64,000 nucleotides of DNA from contig DASZRO010000120.1 of assembly GCA_035550055.1 (NCBI GenBank), positions 2,890-66,889 of the forward strand, in the 5' to 3' direction. Below the pieces are notes generated by a model that searched no databases, was not told the origin of the DNA, and was given only the letters and a program-made list of their open reading frames with translations. Shown one piece after another: positions 35,605 to 46,649 of this stretch (the first letter of the stretch is position 1; the number at the start of each line of letters is the position of its first letter). The DNA is from Mycobacteriales bacterium (GTDB taxonomy: Bacteria; Actinomycetota; Actinomycetes; JAFAQI01). The position numbers and the translations under genes are program-made.

Positions 35605-38600
35605 GTGCATCTTGCGAGCTTGACCCTCCGCGGGTTCAAGTCCTTCGCGTCCTCGACCACGCTGCGGTTCGAACCCGGCGTCACGGCCATCGTCGGTCCG
35701 AACGGCTCCGGCAAGTCCAACGTCGTCGACGCGATCGCTTGGGTGCTCGGCGAGCAAGGGGCGAAGTCGCTGCGCGGCGGGAAGATGGAAGACGTCATCT
35801 TCGCCGGTACGGCGGGCCGGCCGGCGCTCGGCCGCGCCGAGGTCTTGCTGACGATCGACAACACCGACGGCGCGCTGCCGATCGACTTCACCGAGGTGAC
35901 GCTGTCGCGGATCATGTTCCGCAACGGCGGCTCCGAGTACGCGATCAACGGCTCCCCGTGCCGGCTCCTCGACATCCAAGAGCTGCTCTCCGACTCGGGC
36001 ATCGGTCGCGAGATGCACGTCATCGTCGGGCAGGGCCAGCTCGACGCCGTCCTGTCGGCCACCCCCGAGGAGCGGCGCGGCTTCATCGAGGAAGCGGCGG
36101 GCGTCCTCAAGCATCGCAAGCGCAAGGAGAAGGCGCTTCGCAAGCTCGACGCGATGCAGGTCAACCTCAACCGGCTGACCGATCTCACCGCCGAGCTGCG
36201 CCGCCAGCTCAAGCCGCTCGGCCAGCAGGCCGATGTCGCGCGACGCGCTTCGGTGATCCAAGCCGACCTGCGAGACGCCCGGCTGCGGCTGCTCGCCGAC
36301 GACCTGTCGACGATGCGCGGCGCCTTCGAGGCCGAGGTCGCCGACGAGGCAGCGCTGCTCGCCCGGCGAGCCGCGGCGGAGGCCGCGCTCGCCGACGCGT
36401 CGGTGCGCGAGCAGCAGCTGGACGCGACCCTGGCCGAGCAGACGCCGCAGCTGGCTCGGGCTCAGGAGACGTGGTATCGGCTGTCCAGCCTGCGGGAACG
36501 GATGCGCGGCACGGCCTCGCTGGCTGCGGAGCGTCAGCGCAACAGCGCCATCGCGGTCGATCTCGGCACGGGTGGCAGGGACCCGATGGCGTGGCAGGCG
36601 GAGATCGACCAGCTGAAGGCCGAGGGCAACGAGGTCGAGGAGGCGCTCGCGGCCGACCGCGAACGGCTCGCTGCCGTCGAGGCCGAGCGCATGCAGCTCG
36701 AAGCCTCGCTCAGCGCCCAGGAGCAGGCGCTCGCCGCGGCGCGGCAGGCACTGGCCGACCGTCGCGAGGGCCGGGTCCGGCTACAGGGCGAGGTGACCGC
36801 GCTGCGCACCCGGGCGCAGGCCGCCGAAGACGAGATCGGGCGGCTCTCGGCGTCGTGGGAGGCCGCGCAGGAGCGTGCCGCGAAGGCGGCCGCGGAGTTC
36901 GCGGCGCTCGAGAGCGAAGTGGCAGGTCTCGACGCGGGCGAGGTGGACCTCGACGCGGCCCACGAGGCGGCCGCCGCGGCGCTCGCCAGCGCCGAGGAGA
37001 GCCTCGCGGCGCTTCAGGAAGAGGAGCGTGAGGTCGAGCGGCAGCGAAGCGCCGCCGCGGCGCGGCGCGACGCGCTCGCCCTCGGGCTGGACCGCAAGGA
37101 CGGCGCGGGTGCGCTCGTCGCGGCCAAGGATCGCCTCCATGGCGTACTCGGCACGGTGGCCGACCTGGTTCGGGTGGCGGCGGGCTACGAGGTCGCCGTG
37201 GCGGCCGCGCTCGGCGCGGCGGCGGACGCGGTCGCGGTGCGAAGCATCGCCGACGCTGCGGCGGCGATCGCATTCCTCAAGGGCGAGGACGGCGGGCGCG
37301 CCGGGATGCTCGTCGGCGGCCTCGACGCGGACACCGACATCACCGTGGACGTCCCCGACGGGGCCCGCGCCGCGCTGGACGTCGTCCACGCCGACGTCAC
37401 CTTGCTGGGCGCGCTCGCCCGGCTGCTCGCCGACACGGTCGTGGTCGCCGACGCGGCAGAGGCGCAGCGGGTGGTCGGCGCACAACCGCGGCTGCGCGCG
37501 GTCACCCGCGACGGCGACGTCTTCGGCGCGGGGTGGTCCGCCGGCGGCTCGAGCTCCGCGCCCTCCCTGCTGGAGGTCCGAGCGGCCCACAGCGAGGCCG
37601 AGCAGCTGCTCGGCGAGCTCTCGCGCCGCGGCGACCAGCTGCGTTTCGCGCTGTCGGGCGCGATCGAGGAGGTCGCGGCGCGCCGCGACGACCTCGAGGT
37701 GGCGGTGAACGCCCTCCACGAGTCCGACGCGAGGCTCGCCGCCGTCGCCGAACGGCTCGGTCAGCTCGGTGCCGCCGCCCGCGCCACTGCGGGCGAGAGC
37801 GAGCGGCTCGCCCGGGCGGTCGAGGAGGCGTCGCAGGCCCGCGACCGCGATCTGGCCGGGTTGAGCGCGCTGGAGGAGCGGCTCGCCGCGGCCGAGGCGA
37901 CGCCGGAGGAGGCGACGCCCGACGAGGGCGAGCGCGACCGCGTCGCGGAGCTCGTCGTGGCGACCCGCGCCCGCGAGCTCGAGGCCCGGCTCGCGGTGCG
38001 CACCGACGAGGAACGCCGATCGGCACTCGCCGCGCGGGTGGTCGCCCTCGAGACCGCCGCGGAGGCGGAGCGTGCGGCCCGGGAGCGGGCGGCCGAGCTG
38101 GTACGCCGCCGGGCTCGGGAGGCCGTCGTCGCCGCCGCGGTGTCCGCCGTCGCGCGGCAGGCGCTCGACGCCCTGGAACGATCCCTCGACGCGGCAGCGG
38201 CACAGCGCGCGGCCATCGAGCAGCAGCGAACGGTCACCGAGGGCGAGCTGTTGGCGGTGCGCTCGACGGTGCGCGACCTGTCCGGCGATCTCGAGACGCT
38301 GACCGGCGCGGTGCACCGCGACGAGGTCGCGCGCGCCGAACAGCGAATGCGCATCGAGGCGCTCGAGGCCAAGGTCGTCGAGGAGTTCGCGGTCGAAGCG
38401 GAGACGCTGCTCGCCGAGTACGGGCCCGACGTCGCGGTGCCGCCGTCGGCAGACGCTCCCGAGGGCGCAGTTGCCATTCCTTACGACCGGGCGGTGCAGG
38501 AGAAGCGCTGGAAGGCCGCCGAGCGTGCGCTGGCGCTGCTCGGGAAGGTCAACCCGCTCGCGCTCGAGGAGTTTGCGGCGCTCGAGGAGCGGCACAAGTT

Positions 38601-39153
38601 CCTCTCCGACCAGCTCGAGGACCTCAAGGCGTCGCGACGCGACCTGCTCGTGGTCGTCAAGGAGGTCGACGACCGGGTCGAGCAGGTGTTCCGAGAGGCC
38701 TACGAAGACGTCGCTCGCGAGTTCGAGACCGTCTTCGCCACCTTGTTCCCCGGCGGGTCGGGGCGGTTGGTGCGGACCGACCCGAACGACTGGCTGCTGA
38801 CCGGAGTCGACGTCGAGGCGCGCCCGCCGGGCAAGAAGGTCAAGCGGTTGTCGCTGCTGTCCGGCGGCGAGCGTTCGCTCACCGCGATCGCGCTGCTGGT
38901 GGCGATCTTCCGGGCACGTCCCTCACCGTTCTACGTGCTCGACGAGGTCGAGGCGGCACTCGACGACCGCAACCTGCTGCGCCTCGTCGGACTGCTCACC
39001 GAGCTGAAATCGACCTCCCAGCTGATCGTCGTGACGCACCAGAAGCGCACGATGGAGGTTGCCAACGCCCTCTACGGCGTCTCGATGCGCGGCGACGGGA
39101 TCACCGAGGTGATCAGTCAGCGGCTGCGTGAACCCGAACCGGAGCCCGTCTGA
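35605..39153 (+). CDS. smc: Chromosome partition protein SMC
   Basis: 1182 aa. It has the N-terminal Walker A (GPNGSGKSN), a long coiled-coil with hinge, and C-terminal LSGGE...DEVEAALD. Confidence 0.95.
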   Translation: MHLASLTLRGFKSFASSTTLRFEPGVTAIVGPNGSGKSNVVDAIAWVLGEQGAKSLRGGKMEDVIFAGTAGRPALGRAEVLLTIDNTDGALPIDFTEVTLSRIMFRNGGSEYAINGSPCRLLDIQELLSDSGIGREMHVIVGQGQLDAVLSATPEERRGFIEEAAGVLKHRKRKEKALRKLDAMQVNLNRLTDLTAELRRQLKPLGQQADVARRASVIQADLRDARLRLLADDLSTMRGAFEAEVADEAALLARRAAAEAALADASVREQQLDATLAEQTPQLARAQETWYRLSSLRERMRGTASLAAERQRNSAIAVDLGTGGRDPMAWQAEIDQLKAEGNEVEEALAADRERLAAVEAERMQLEASLSAQEQALAAARQALADRREGRVRLQGEVTALRTRAQAAEDEIGRLSASWEAAQERAAKAAAEFAALESEVAGLDAGEVDLDAAHEAAAAALASAEESLAALQEEEREVERQRSAAAARRDALALGLDRKDGAGALVAAKDRLHGVLGTVADLVRVAAGYEVAVAAALGAAADAVAVRSIADAAAAIAFLKGEDGGRAGMLVGGLDADTDITVDVPDGARAALDVVHADVTLLGALARLLADTVVVADAAEAQRVVGAQPRLRAVTRDGDVFGAGWSAGGSSSAPSLLEVRAAHSEAEQLLGELSRRGDQLRFALSGAIEEVAARRDDLEVAVNALHESDARLAAVAERLGQLGAAARATAGESERLARAVEEASQARDRDLAGLSALEERLAAAEATPEEATPDEGERDRVAELVVATRARELEARLAVRTDEERRSALAARVVALETAAEAERAARERAAELVRRRAREAVVAAAVSAVARQALDALERSLDAAAAQRAAIEQQRTVTEGELLAVRSTVRDLSGDLETLTGAVHRDEVARAEQRMRIEALEAKVVEEFAVEAETLLAEYGPDVAVPPSADAPEGAVAIPYDRAVQEKRWKAAERALALLGKVNPLALEEFAALEERHKFLSDQLEDLKASRRDLLVVVKEVDDRVEQVFREAYEDVAREFETVFATLFPGGSGRLVRTDPNDWLLTGVDVEARPPGKKVKRLSLLSGGERSLTAIALLVAIFRARPSPFYVLDEVEAALDDRNLLRLVGLLTELKSTSQLIVVTHQKRTMEVANALYGVSMRGDGITEVISQRLREPEPEPV

Positions 39154-40364
39154 TGGTTTTTCTGATCGTCGGCATCGTCGTAGCGGTCCTGCTCGTCGGT
39201 GCCGTGCTCGGCCTTGTCCTCGCACCGTCGCGCAGACGTGCCCGCGGCGCCTCGCTCCCGCCGGTGCCGCCGGCCACGATCGACGCACCTGCGCCGGCTG
39301 CGCCGGTCCCACCACAGCCGGCGCCGCCCGCGCCGGCTTCGCCGCCAGCCCCGCCCACGGCGCCGCCGGCCGAGCAGGTCGTCGAGGCGCCGCCGCCAGC
39401 GGCCCCGCCAGCGGCCCCGCCGCCCACCGTCGAGGTCCCCGAGCCGTCCGCCGGGCGGCTGGTCAGACTCCGGGGCCGGCTCTCCGGCTCGCAGACCACG
39501 CTCGGCCGGGGACTGCTCGCCCTGCTCTCGCGCGACGCGATCGACGACGAGGTGTGGGAAGAGCTCGAAGACACCCTGCTCAGCGCCGACGTCGGGCTCG
39601 CGGCCACCAACGAGATCGTCGGCGCGTTGCGGGAGCGGGTGCGCATCCAGGGAACCCGTTCCGCCGAGGACGTCCGCGGCATGCTGCGGGAGGTGCTGCT
39701 CGCGGTCATCGGTGCGGACACCGACCGTGCACTCCGGACGGCGGCACACGACGGTCGTCCCGCCGTCGTACTGGTGGTCGGCGTGAACGGAACCGGCAAG
39801 ACCACGACCTGCGGCAAGCTGGCACGCGTCATCGTCGGCGACGGCGGCAGCGTCCTGCTCGGCGCCGCGGACACCTTCCGCGCGGCGGCGGCCGATCAGC
39901 TGTCGACCTGGGCCGAACGCGTCGGCGCGTCGGTGGTGCGCGGCCCCGAGGGCGCCGACCCGGCGAGCGTGGCCTTCGACGCGGTGCACGACGGTGCGGA
40001 GCGCGGTGTCGACACGGTCGTGATCGACACGGCCGGCCGGCTGCACACCAAGGCCGGCCTGATGGACGAGCTCGGCAAGGTAAAGCGCGTCGTCGAACGG
40101 CAGGGCCCGGTCGACGAGGTCCTGCTGGTGCTCGACGCCACGACCGGCCAGAACGGACTCGTGCAAGCCCGGGTGTTCGGCGAAGTGGTCGACGTCACCG
40201 GCATCGTGCTCACCAAGCTCGACGGCACGGCGAAGGGCGGCATCGTGATCGCCGTCCAGCGCGAGCTCGGCGTACCGGTGAAGCTCGTCGGGCTCGGCGA
40301 GGGCCCCGACGACCTCGCGCCGTTCGATCCGGCGGTGTTCGTGGACGCGATGTTGGGCGCTTGA
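39153..40364 (+). CDS. ftsY: Signal recognition particle receptor FtsY
   Basis: It has an N-terminal TM plus a Pro/Ala-rich region, then NG domain motifs (GVNGTGKTTT, DTAGR, TKLDGTAKGG). Confidence 0.94.
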   Translation: MVFLIVGIVVAVLLVGAVLGLVLAPSRRRARGASLPPVPPATIDAPAPAAPVPPQPAPPAPASPPAPPTAPPAEQVVEAPPPAAPPAAPPPTVEVPEPSAGRLVRLRGRLSGSQTTLGRGLLALLSRDAIDDEVWEELEDTLLSADVGLAATNEIVGALRERVRIQGTRSAEDVRGMLREVLLAVIGADTDRALRTAAHDGRPAVVLVVGVNGTGKTTTCGKLARVIVGDGGSVLLGAADTFRAAAADQLSTWAERVGASVVRGPEGADPASVAFDAVHDGAERGVDTVVIDTAGRLHTKAGLMDELGKVKRVVERQGPVDEVLLVLDATTGQNGLVQARVFGEVVDVTGIVLTKLDGTAKGGIVIAVQRELGVPVKLVGLGEGPDDLAPFDPAVFVDAMLGA

Positions 40365-40366
40365 CG

Positions 40367-40573
40367 GTGCCGGGTCTGTTCGGCGAACCCGTCGCCGTGA
40401 CCTACGTCGATCCCGACAACAACGAGATCGTCACGAGCTGGGGCACGTCCGTCCTGCCCCGCTGTGGGGAGAACGTGCGCATCGCCGGGGTGCCCTACCT
40501 CGTGGAGCGCGTCGGCTACGACCTGCCGAAGGACAAGGTCGAACGAATCTGGATCGTCGTACGACCCGCTTGA
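40367..40573 (+). CDS. Small hypothetical protein (68 aa) coupled to the ftsY stop
   Basis: GTG lies 3 nt after the ftsY stop. Coding-like GC3. No recognisable domain. Confidence 0.35.
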   Translation: MPGLFGEPVAVTYVDPDNNEIVTSWGTSVLPRCGENVRIAGVPYLVERVGYDLPKDKVERIWIVVRPA

Positions 40574-40603
40574 TCTGAAGCCGTCGTCGCCCCGACGCCG
40601 TTC

Positions 40604-42458
<1,855 letters not shown>

Positions 42459-42474
42459 CCGTCCGGGTCATGGG

Positions 42475-43770
42475 ATGTGCACGGCGGTGGGCCATAGGCT
42501 CGCCGCCGTGCACATCGATGGGGGAGACACCGCCTGGGTGCTCGGCAGCACCGGGCTGGTCCTGTTCATGACGCCGGGTCTGGCGCTGTTCTACGGCGGG
42601 ATGATCCGCTCGAAGAACGTCCTGGCCATGCTCGTCGCCAACTTCGCGACCATCGCCGTGGTCAGCATCGTGTGGGCGGTGCTCGCCTACTCGCTGGCGT
42701 TCGGACCGAGCACCGGAGGCGGATTCCTCGGAACGCTTCATTTCGCCGGGCTCGGCCACGCCAACGAGCAGGTGCCCGGCTTGCACCTGACGGTCCCGCC
42801 GCTGGCGTTCGCCGCCTTCCAGATGATGTTCGCGGTCATCACCGCCGCGTTGCTCACCGGGACGGTCGCCGAGCGCGCGAAGTTCGGCGGGTTCATGGTC
42901 TTCGCCGCGATCTGGGTGGTGGTGGTCTACGCGCCGATCGCACACTGGGTGTTCTCGCCGCACGGCTGGCTGGCGCAGCGCGGCGTCCTCGACTTCGCCG
43001 GCGGCAACGTCGTCGAGATCGACTCCGGCGCCTCCGCGCTGGCACTCGCCCTCGTCATCGGGCGTCGCCACGGGTGGCCCAAGGAGCTGGTCGCCCCGCA
43101 CTCTTTGCCGTTGACGATGCTGGGTGCGGGAATCCTGTGGTTCGGCTGGTTCGGGTTCAACGCGGGCTCGGCGCTGTCCTCGGGCGCACTCGCCTCGCAG
43201 GCGCTGGTCGGCACTCAGCTCGCCGCCTGTGCGGGCCTGCTCGCCTGGTGCGGGCTCGAGAAAGCGCGAACCGGCCACGCCACGACCCTCGGCGCAGCGT
43301 CAGGGGCGGTCGCCGGGCTGGTCGCGATCACGCCGGCGGCGGGCTACGTGAACAGCATGGCGGCGTTGGTCATCGGCGCCGCGGGTGGTGTCGTCGCGCT
43401 GTTCGCCGTCAACCTGAAGCATCGAGGCGGCTACGACGACGCGCTCGACGTCGTGGGCGTCCACGGCGCGGCGGGCGTCGTCGGCACCGTGCTCGTGGGT
43501 GTCTTTGCCAGTCGGGTCGTCAATCCCGCGATCCGCTACGACGGCCTCATCGACGGCGGCAGCGCTCACCTGCTCGGGGTGCAGTCGCTGGCGGTCCTGG
43601 TCACGATCGCCTGGGCGTTCACGATGACCGGCATCGTCGCCACGCTCGTCCAGCGCACCATCGGGTTGCGGGTGAGCGAGTCCGACGAGCTCGAAGGGCT
43701 CGACACCACGATCCACGCCGAGTCGGCGTACGAGTTCGGCAACGCGCGCGCGGTACGGATCGGGCACTAG
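42475..43770 (+). CDS. Ammonium transporter (Amt family), copy 2
   Basis: 431 aa with DFAGGNVVEIDSGASALA. The start is ATG 42475 (or GTG 42508), inside an 11-bp perfect hairpin. Confidence 0.9.
   Translation: MCTAVGHRLAAVHIDGGDTAWVLGSTGLVLFMTPGLALFYGGMIRSKNVLAMLVANFATIAVVSIVWAVLAYSLAFGPSTGGGFLGTLHFAGLGHANEQVPGLHLTVPPLAFAAFQMMFAVITAALLTGTVAERAKFGGFMVFAAIWVVVVYAPIAHWVFSPHGWLAQRGVLDFAGGNVVEIDSGASALALALVIGRRHGWPKELVAPHSLPLTMLGAGILWFGWFGFNAGSALSSGALASQALVGTQLAACAGLLAWCGLEKARTGHATTLGAASGAVAGLVAITPAAGYVNSMAALVIGAAGGVVALFAVNLKHRGGYDDALDVVGVHGAAGVVGTVLVGVFASRVVNPAIRYDGLIDGGSAHLLGVQSLAVLVTIAWAFTMTGIVATLVQRTIGLRVSESDELEGLDTTIHAESAYEFGNARAVRIGH
42477..42513 (+). promoter_or_regulatory. Perfect 11-bp stem (GTGCACGGCGG / CCGCCGTGCAC) with a 15-nt loop, overlapping the 5' end/start of the second amt gene
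   Basis: Read directly. No T-run follows it. Confidence 0.4.
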
Positions 43771-43776
43771 CGGCAG

Positions 43777-46071
43777 ATGCCCGACGACGCCGCTGGCGAG
43801 CTCCGCGAGGCGCGAGCCGCCGTCCTCGCCGTCGCCGGCCTGCCCGGGGCACAGCTGCGGGAGGCGCTGACCGCGGCGGCGGACGCCTGGTTCGCGGCGC
43901 GGCTCGCCGACACCGCCGGTGTGGCTGTCGTGGCGGTCGGCGGGTACGGCCGGCGCGAGCTGGCGCCCGGCAGTGACCTCGACGTGGTCCTGGTGCATGC
44001 CGACGGGCTCGACGTCGCCGAGCTCGCGAACTCGCTGTGGTACCCGATCTGGGATGCCGGCGTCGGACTGGACCATTCCGTGCGCACCGTCGGTGAAGCG
44101 GTGTCCGTGGCCCGCGAGGACCTCAAGGCCGCGATGGGACTGCTCGACGCCCGACACGTGAGCGGCGACGCCACGCTGACGGCGTCGGTGCGCGAGCAGG
44201 TCTACGCCGCATGGCGCAAGGAGTCCCGCCGGCGGCTACCGGAGCTGCTCGACGCGGTTGCCGAACGAGCCGCGCGCATGGGGGAGCTGGCCTTCCTTCT
44301 CGAGCCCGACCTCAAGGAGTGCCGGGGCGGCATCCGAGACGTGCACGCGATCACCGCGATCGCCTCCGCGTGGGTGGCCGACGCGCCCGGTCCCGCGGTT
44401 CGCGAGGCCTACGCCTGGCTCCAGGACGTCCGATGTGAGCTGCACCGTCGGTCGGCGAGGGGAAACGACCGGCTCGTCGCCCAGGAGCGGATCCCGGTGG
44501 CGAAGGCGCTCGGGGTCGACGACCCGGATCACCTCATGCGGCAGGTGTTCGAGGCAGGCCGGACCATCGCCTACGCCCTGGACCACGCCTGCCGGCGGGC
44601 CGACGTCGCAAGCCGGCCGGCGCGCCGCTGGAGCCGGCGCGGCTCGGCGCCGGCGCGCCGCCCGTTGGCGGACGGCGTGGTCGAGCAGGAAGGCGAAGTC
44701 CACCTGGCGCGCGATGCCGACCTCAGCCGTGACCCGGTGCTGGCGCTGCGGGTCGCCGCTGCCGCGGCACAGGCGAACCTGCCGATCGCGGCGAGCGTCG
44801 CATCCCGGCTGGCCGCCGAGTCAGCGGCACTACCGCAGCCGTGGCCGCCGCAGGCGCGTGACGCTTTCGTTGCGATCCTCGGTGCCGGCCGGCCGGCGGT
44901 CGGGGTCTTCGAGACCCTCGATCAGACCGGGATGCTCGTGCGGCTGATCCCGGAGTGGGACGCGGTGCGGTGCAAGCCGCAGCACAACGCGGTGCACCGC
45001 TTCACCGTTGATCGCCACCTGATCGAGACCGCCGTCGAGGCGTCGGCGCTGACCCGTCGCGTCGCCCGGCCTGATCTCCTGCTGCTCGGCGCGCTGTTCC
45101 ACGACATCGGAAAGGGTTTCCCGGGGGACCACACCGACGCCGGCGTGGCACGCGTGCCCGAGATCGCTCGGCGAATCGGGCTCTCCGAGGACGACGCCGC
45201 AACCGTGACCGCGCTCGTCCACCACCATCTGCTGCTGCCGGACACCGCGACCCGGCGTGACCTCGCCGACCCGGCCACGATCGACATCGTCACCCGGGCG
45301 GTGGGGGACGTGGCGACCCTCGAGCTGCTGCACGCGCTCACCGTCGCTGACGCCGCGGCCACCGGGCCTGCCGCGTGGAGCGACTGGAAGGCAGGGCTGG
45401 TCAGCGAGCTGGTACGGCGTGCCGCGGCGGCCGTCGCCGGAGAGCACGTCGCGGAGTTCGAGACGATCACCGCCGAGCAGCGAGCACTCGCGGAGGCCGG
45501 TGAGCTGGCGGTCTCGCTGCACGGGTCCGCCCTGACCGTCGTCGCGCCCGACCGCCCCGGCCTGATGGCTCGCTGGGCGGGTGTCGTCGCGTTGCACCGC
45601 CTCACGGTGCGATCCGCGACGGCCACGTTCGCCGCGACTCCGGCCGGCCGGATGGCGATCACGACCCTCGAGGTCGCCCCGAAGTTCGGCGCCATCCCCG
45701 ACGTCGACGCGCTCGCGGCCGACGTCCGCCGGGCCTACGACGACACCCTGCCGCTGGACGCCCGGTTGGCGGAGCGGGAGCGGACGTATGCCAGCGATGC
45801 CGTTCCGGCCGCGCCGCCGATGGTGCTGTGGTTCGACGACGAGTCTCATCACTCGACCATCGTGGAAGTGCGAACCCATGACTCGGAAGGCTTGCTGCAT
45901 CGGCTGACCAAGACCCTCGCGGCCGAAGGCCTCGACGTCCGCTCCGCACGGATCCAGACTCTCGGGGCCGAGGTCGTCGACGCGTTCTATGTCGTCGACT
46001 CGGCCGGCCGCAGCATCGACGACGAGGAACGACGAGCCGCGATCGACGCGGCCCTCATCGCGGTCTGCTAG
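43777..46071 (+). CDS. glnD: [Protein-PII] uridylyltransferase/uridylyl-removing enzyme
   Basis: 764 aa with the nucleotidyltransferase GS..D.D motif (GGYGRRELAPGSDLDVVLV), an HD domain and ACT domains. Confidence 0.93.
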   Translation: MPDDAAGELREARAAVLAVAGLPGAQLREALTAAADAWFAARLADTAGVAVVAVGGYGRRELAPGSDLDVVLVHADGLDVAELANSLWYPIWDAGVGLDHSVRTVGEAVSVAREDLKAAMGLLDARHVSGDATLTASVREQVYAAWRKESRRRLPELLDAVAERAARMGELAFLLEPDLKECRGGIRDVHAITAIASAWVADAPGPAVREAYAWLQDVRCELHRRSARGNDRLVAQERIPVAKALGVDDPDHLMRQVFEAGRTIAYALDHACRRADVASRPARRWSRRGSAPARRPLADGVVEQEGEVHLARDADLSRDPVLALRVAAAAAQANLPIAASVASRLAAESAALPQPWPPQARDAFVAILGAGRPAVGVFETLDQTGMLVRLIPEWDAVRCKPQHNAVHRFTVDRHLIETAVEASALTRRVARPDLLLLGALFHDIGKGFPGDHTDAGVARVPEIARRIGLSEDDAATVTALVHHHLLLPDTATRRDLADPATIDIVTRAVGDVATLELLHALTVADAAATGPAAWSDWKAGLVSELVRRAAAAVAGEHVAEFETITAEQRALAEAGELAVSLHGSALTVVAPDRPGLMARWAGVVALHRLTVRSATATFAATPAGRMAITTLEVAPKFGAIPDVDALAADVRRAYDDTLPLDARLAERERTYASDAVPAAPPMVLWFDDESHHSTIVEVRTHDSEGLLHRLTKTLAAEGLDVRSARIQTLGAEVVDAFYVVDSAGRSIDDEERRAAIDAALIAVC

Positions 46072-46619
46072 CTGGTGGCGAGCTCCACGGCAACCAGCGG
46101 CAGCATCACGACATCACTCGCGCAGAACGCGACAGCAGCTCCGACGGAGTCCGGCTCCACCTCCCCGACAGTGCTGACGATCCGGTGGCGCACTGCATCC
46201 GGCAGGCTCAGCAGGGCGTGGTGATCGCCGACCTCGACCACCACCCCACGGCGTCTGGCACCCATGTCGGGAGTCACCGCGCGCACGGCAGCCTGCCGGT
46301 CCTCGCTCGCGCCGATCGCCACGAGGACGTCGATCGGCCCGAGTCGCTGCTCGGCGTGGGGCAGGACTCGCCCCCACACCTCGGCAGCGTGTGGATCCGC
46401 CACGACGCCGAACACGGCGACCTCGTTCGCTTCCGCGGAGGCCACCGCGTCGTCGACCGTTGCGCGGCTCGCCCCGACCACAGCCAGCGCCATCCCGCTG
46501 GCGGCCAGCGCGGCGACGACCGCGGGCACCACCTCGCCCTCGCCGCTGACGACGGCGACTCGACCGGCCAGATCGGGGTAGCGCGCCCGCCACGCCGGGA
46601 CGCCGACCTCACTCGTCAC
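46068..46619 (-). CDS. Hypothetical Rossmann-type (degenerate SDR-like) protein
   Basis: About 183 aa, RVAVVSGEGEVVPAVVAALAASGMALAVVG...GPIDVLV. Strong GC3 bias. The start codon is uncertain (GTG 46617-46619). Confidence 0.4.
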   Translation of the reverse strand: MTSEVGVPAWRARYPDLAGRVAVVSGEGEVVPAVVAALAASGMALAVVGASRATVDDAVASAEANEVAVFGVVADPHAAEVWGRVLPHAEQRLGPIDVLVAIGASEDRQAAVRAVTPDMGARRRGVVVEVGDHHALLSLPDAVRHRIVSTVGEVEPDSVGAAVAFCASDVVMLPLVAVELATS

Positions 46620-46649
46620 ACCGGCATTGTGCGTCGTACGGTTCGGCCC

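Noticed and set aside
35605-39153. Many long Arg/Pro/Gly-rich ORFs on both strands inside smc (for example 36710-37273, 37533-39131, 36781-38595)
   Set aside because: They are alternative-frame artefacts of GC-rich coiled-coil coding sequence (GAG/GCG/CGC repeats). smc itself is unambiguous.
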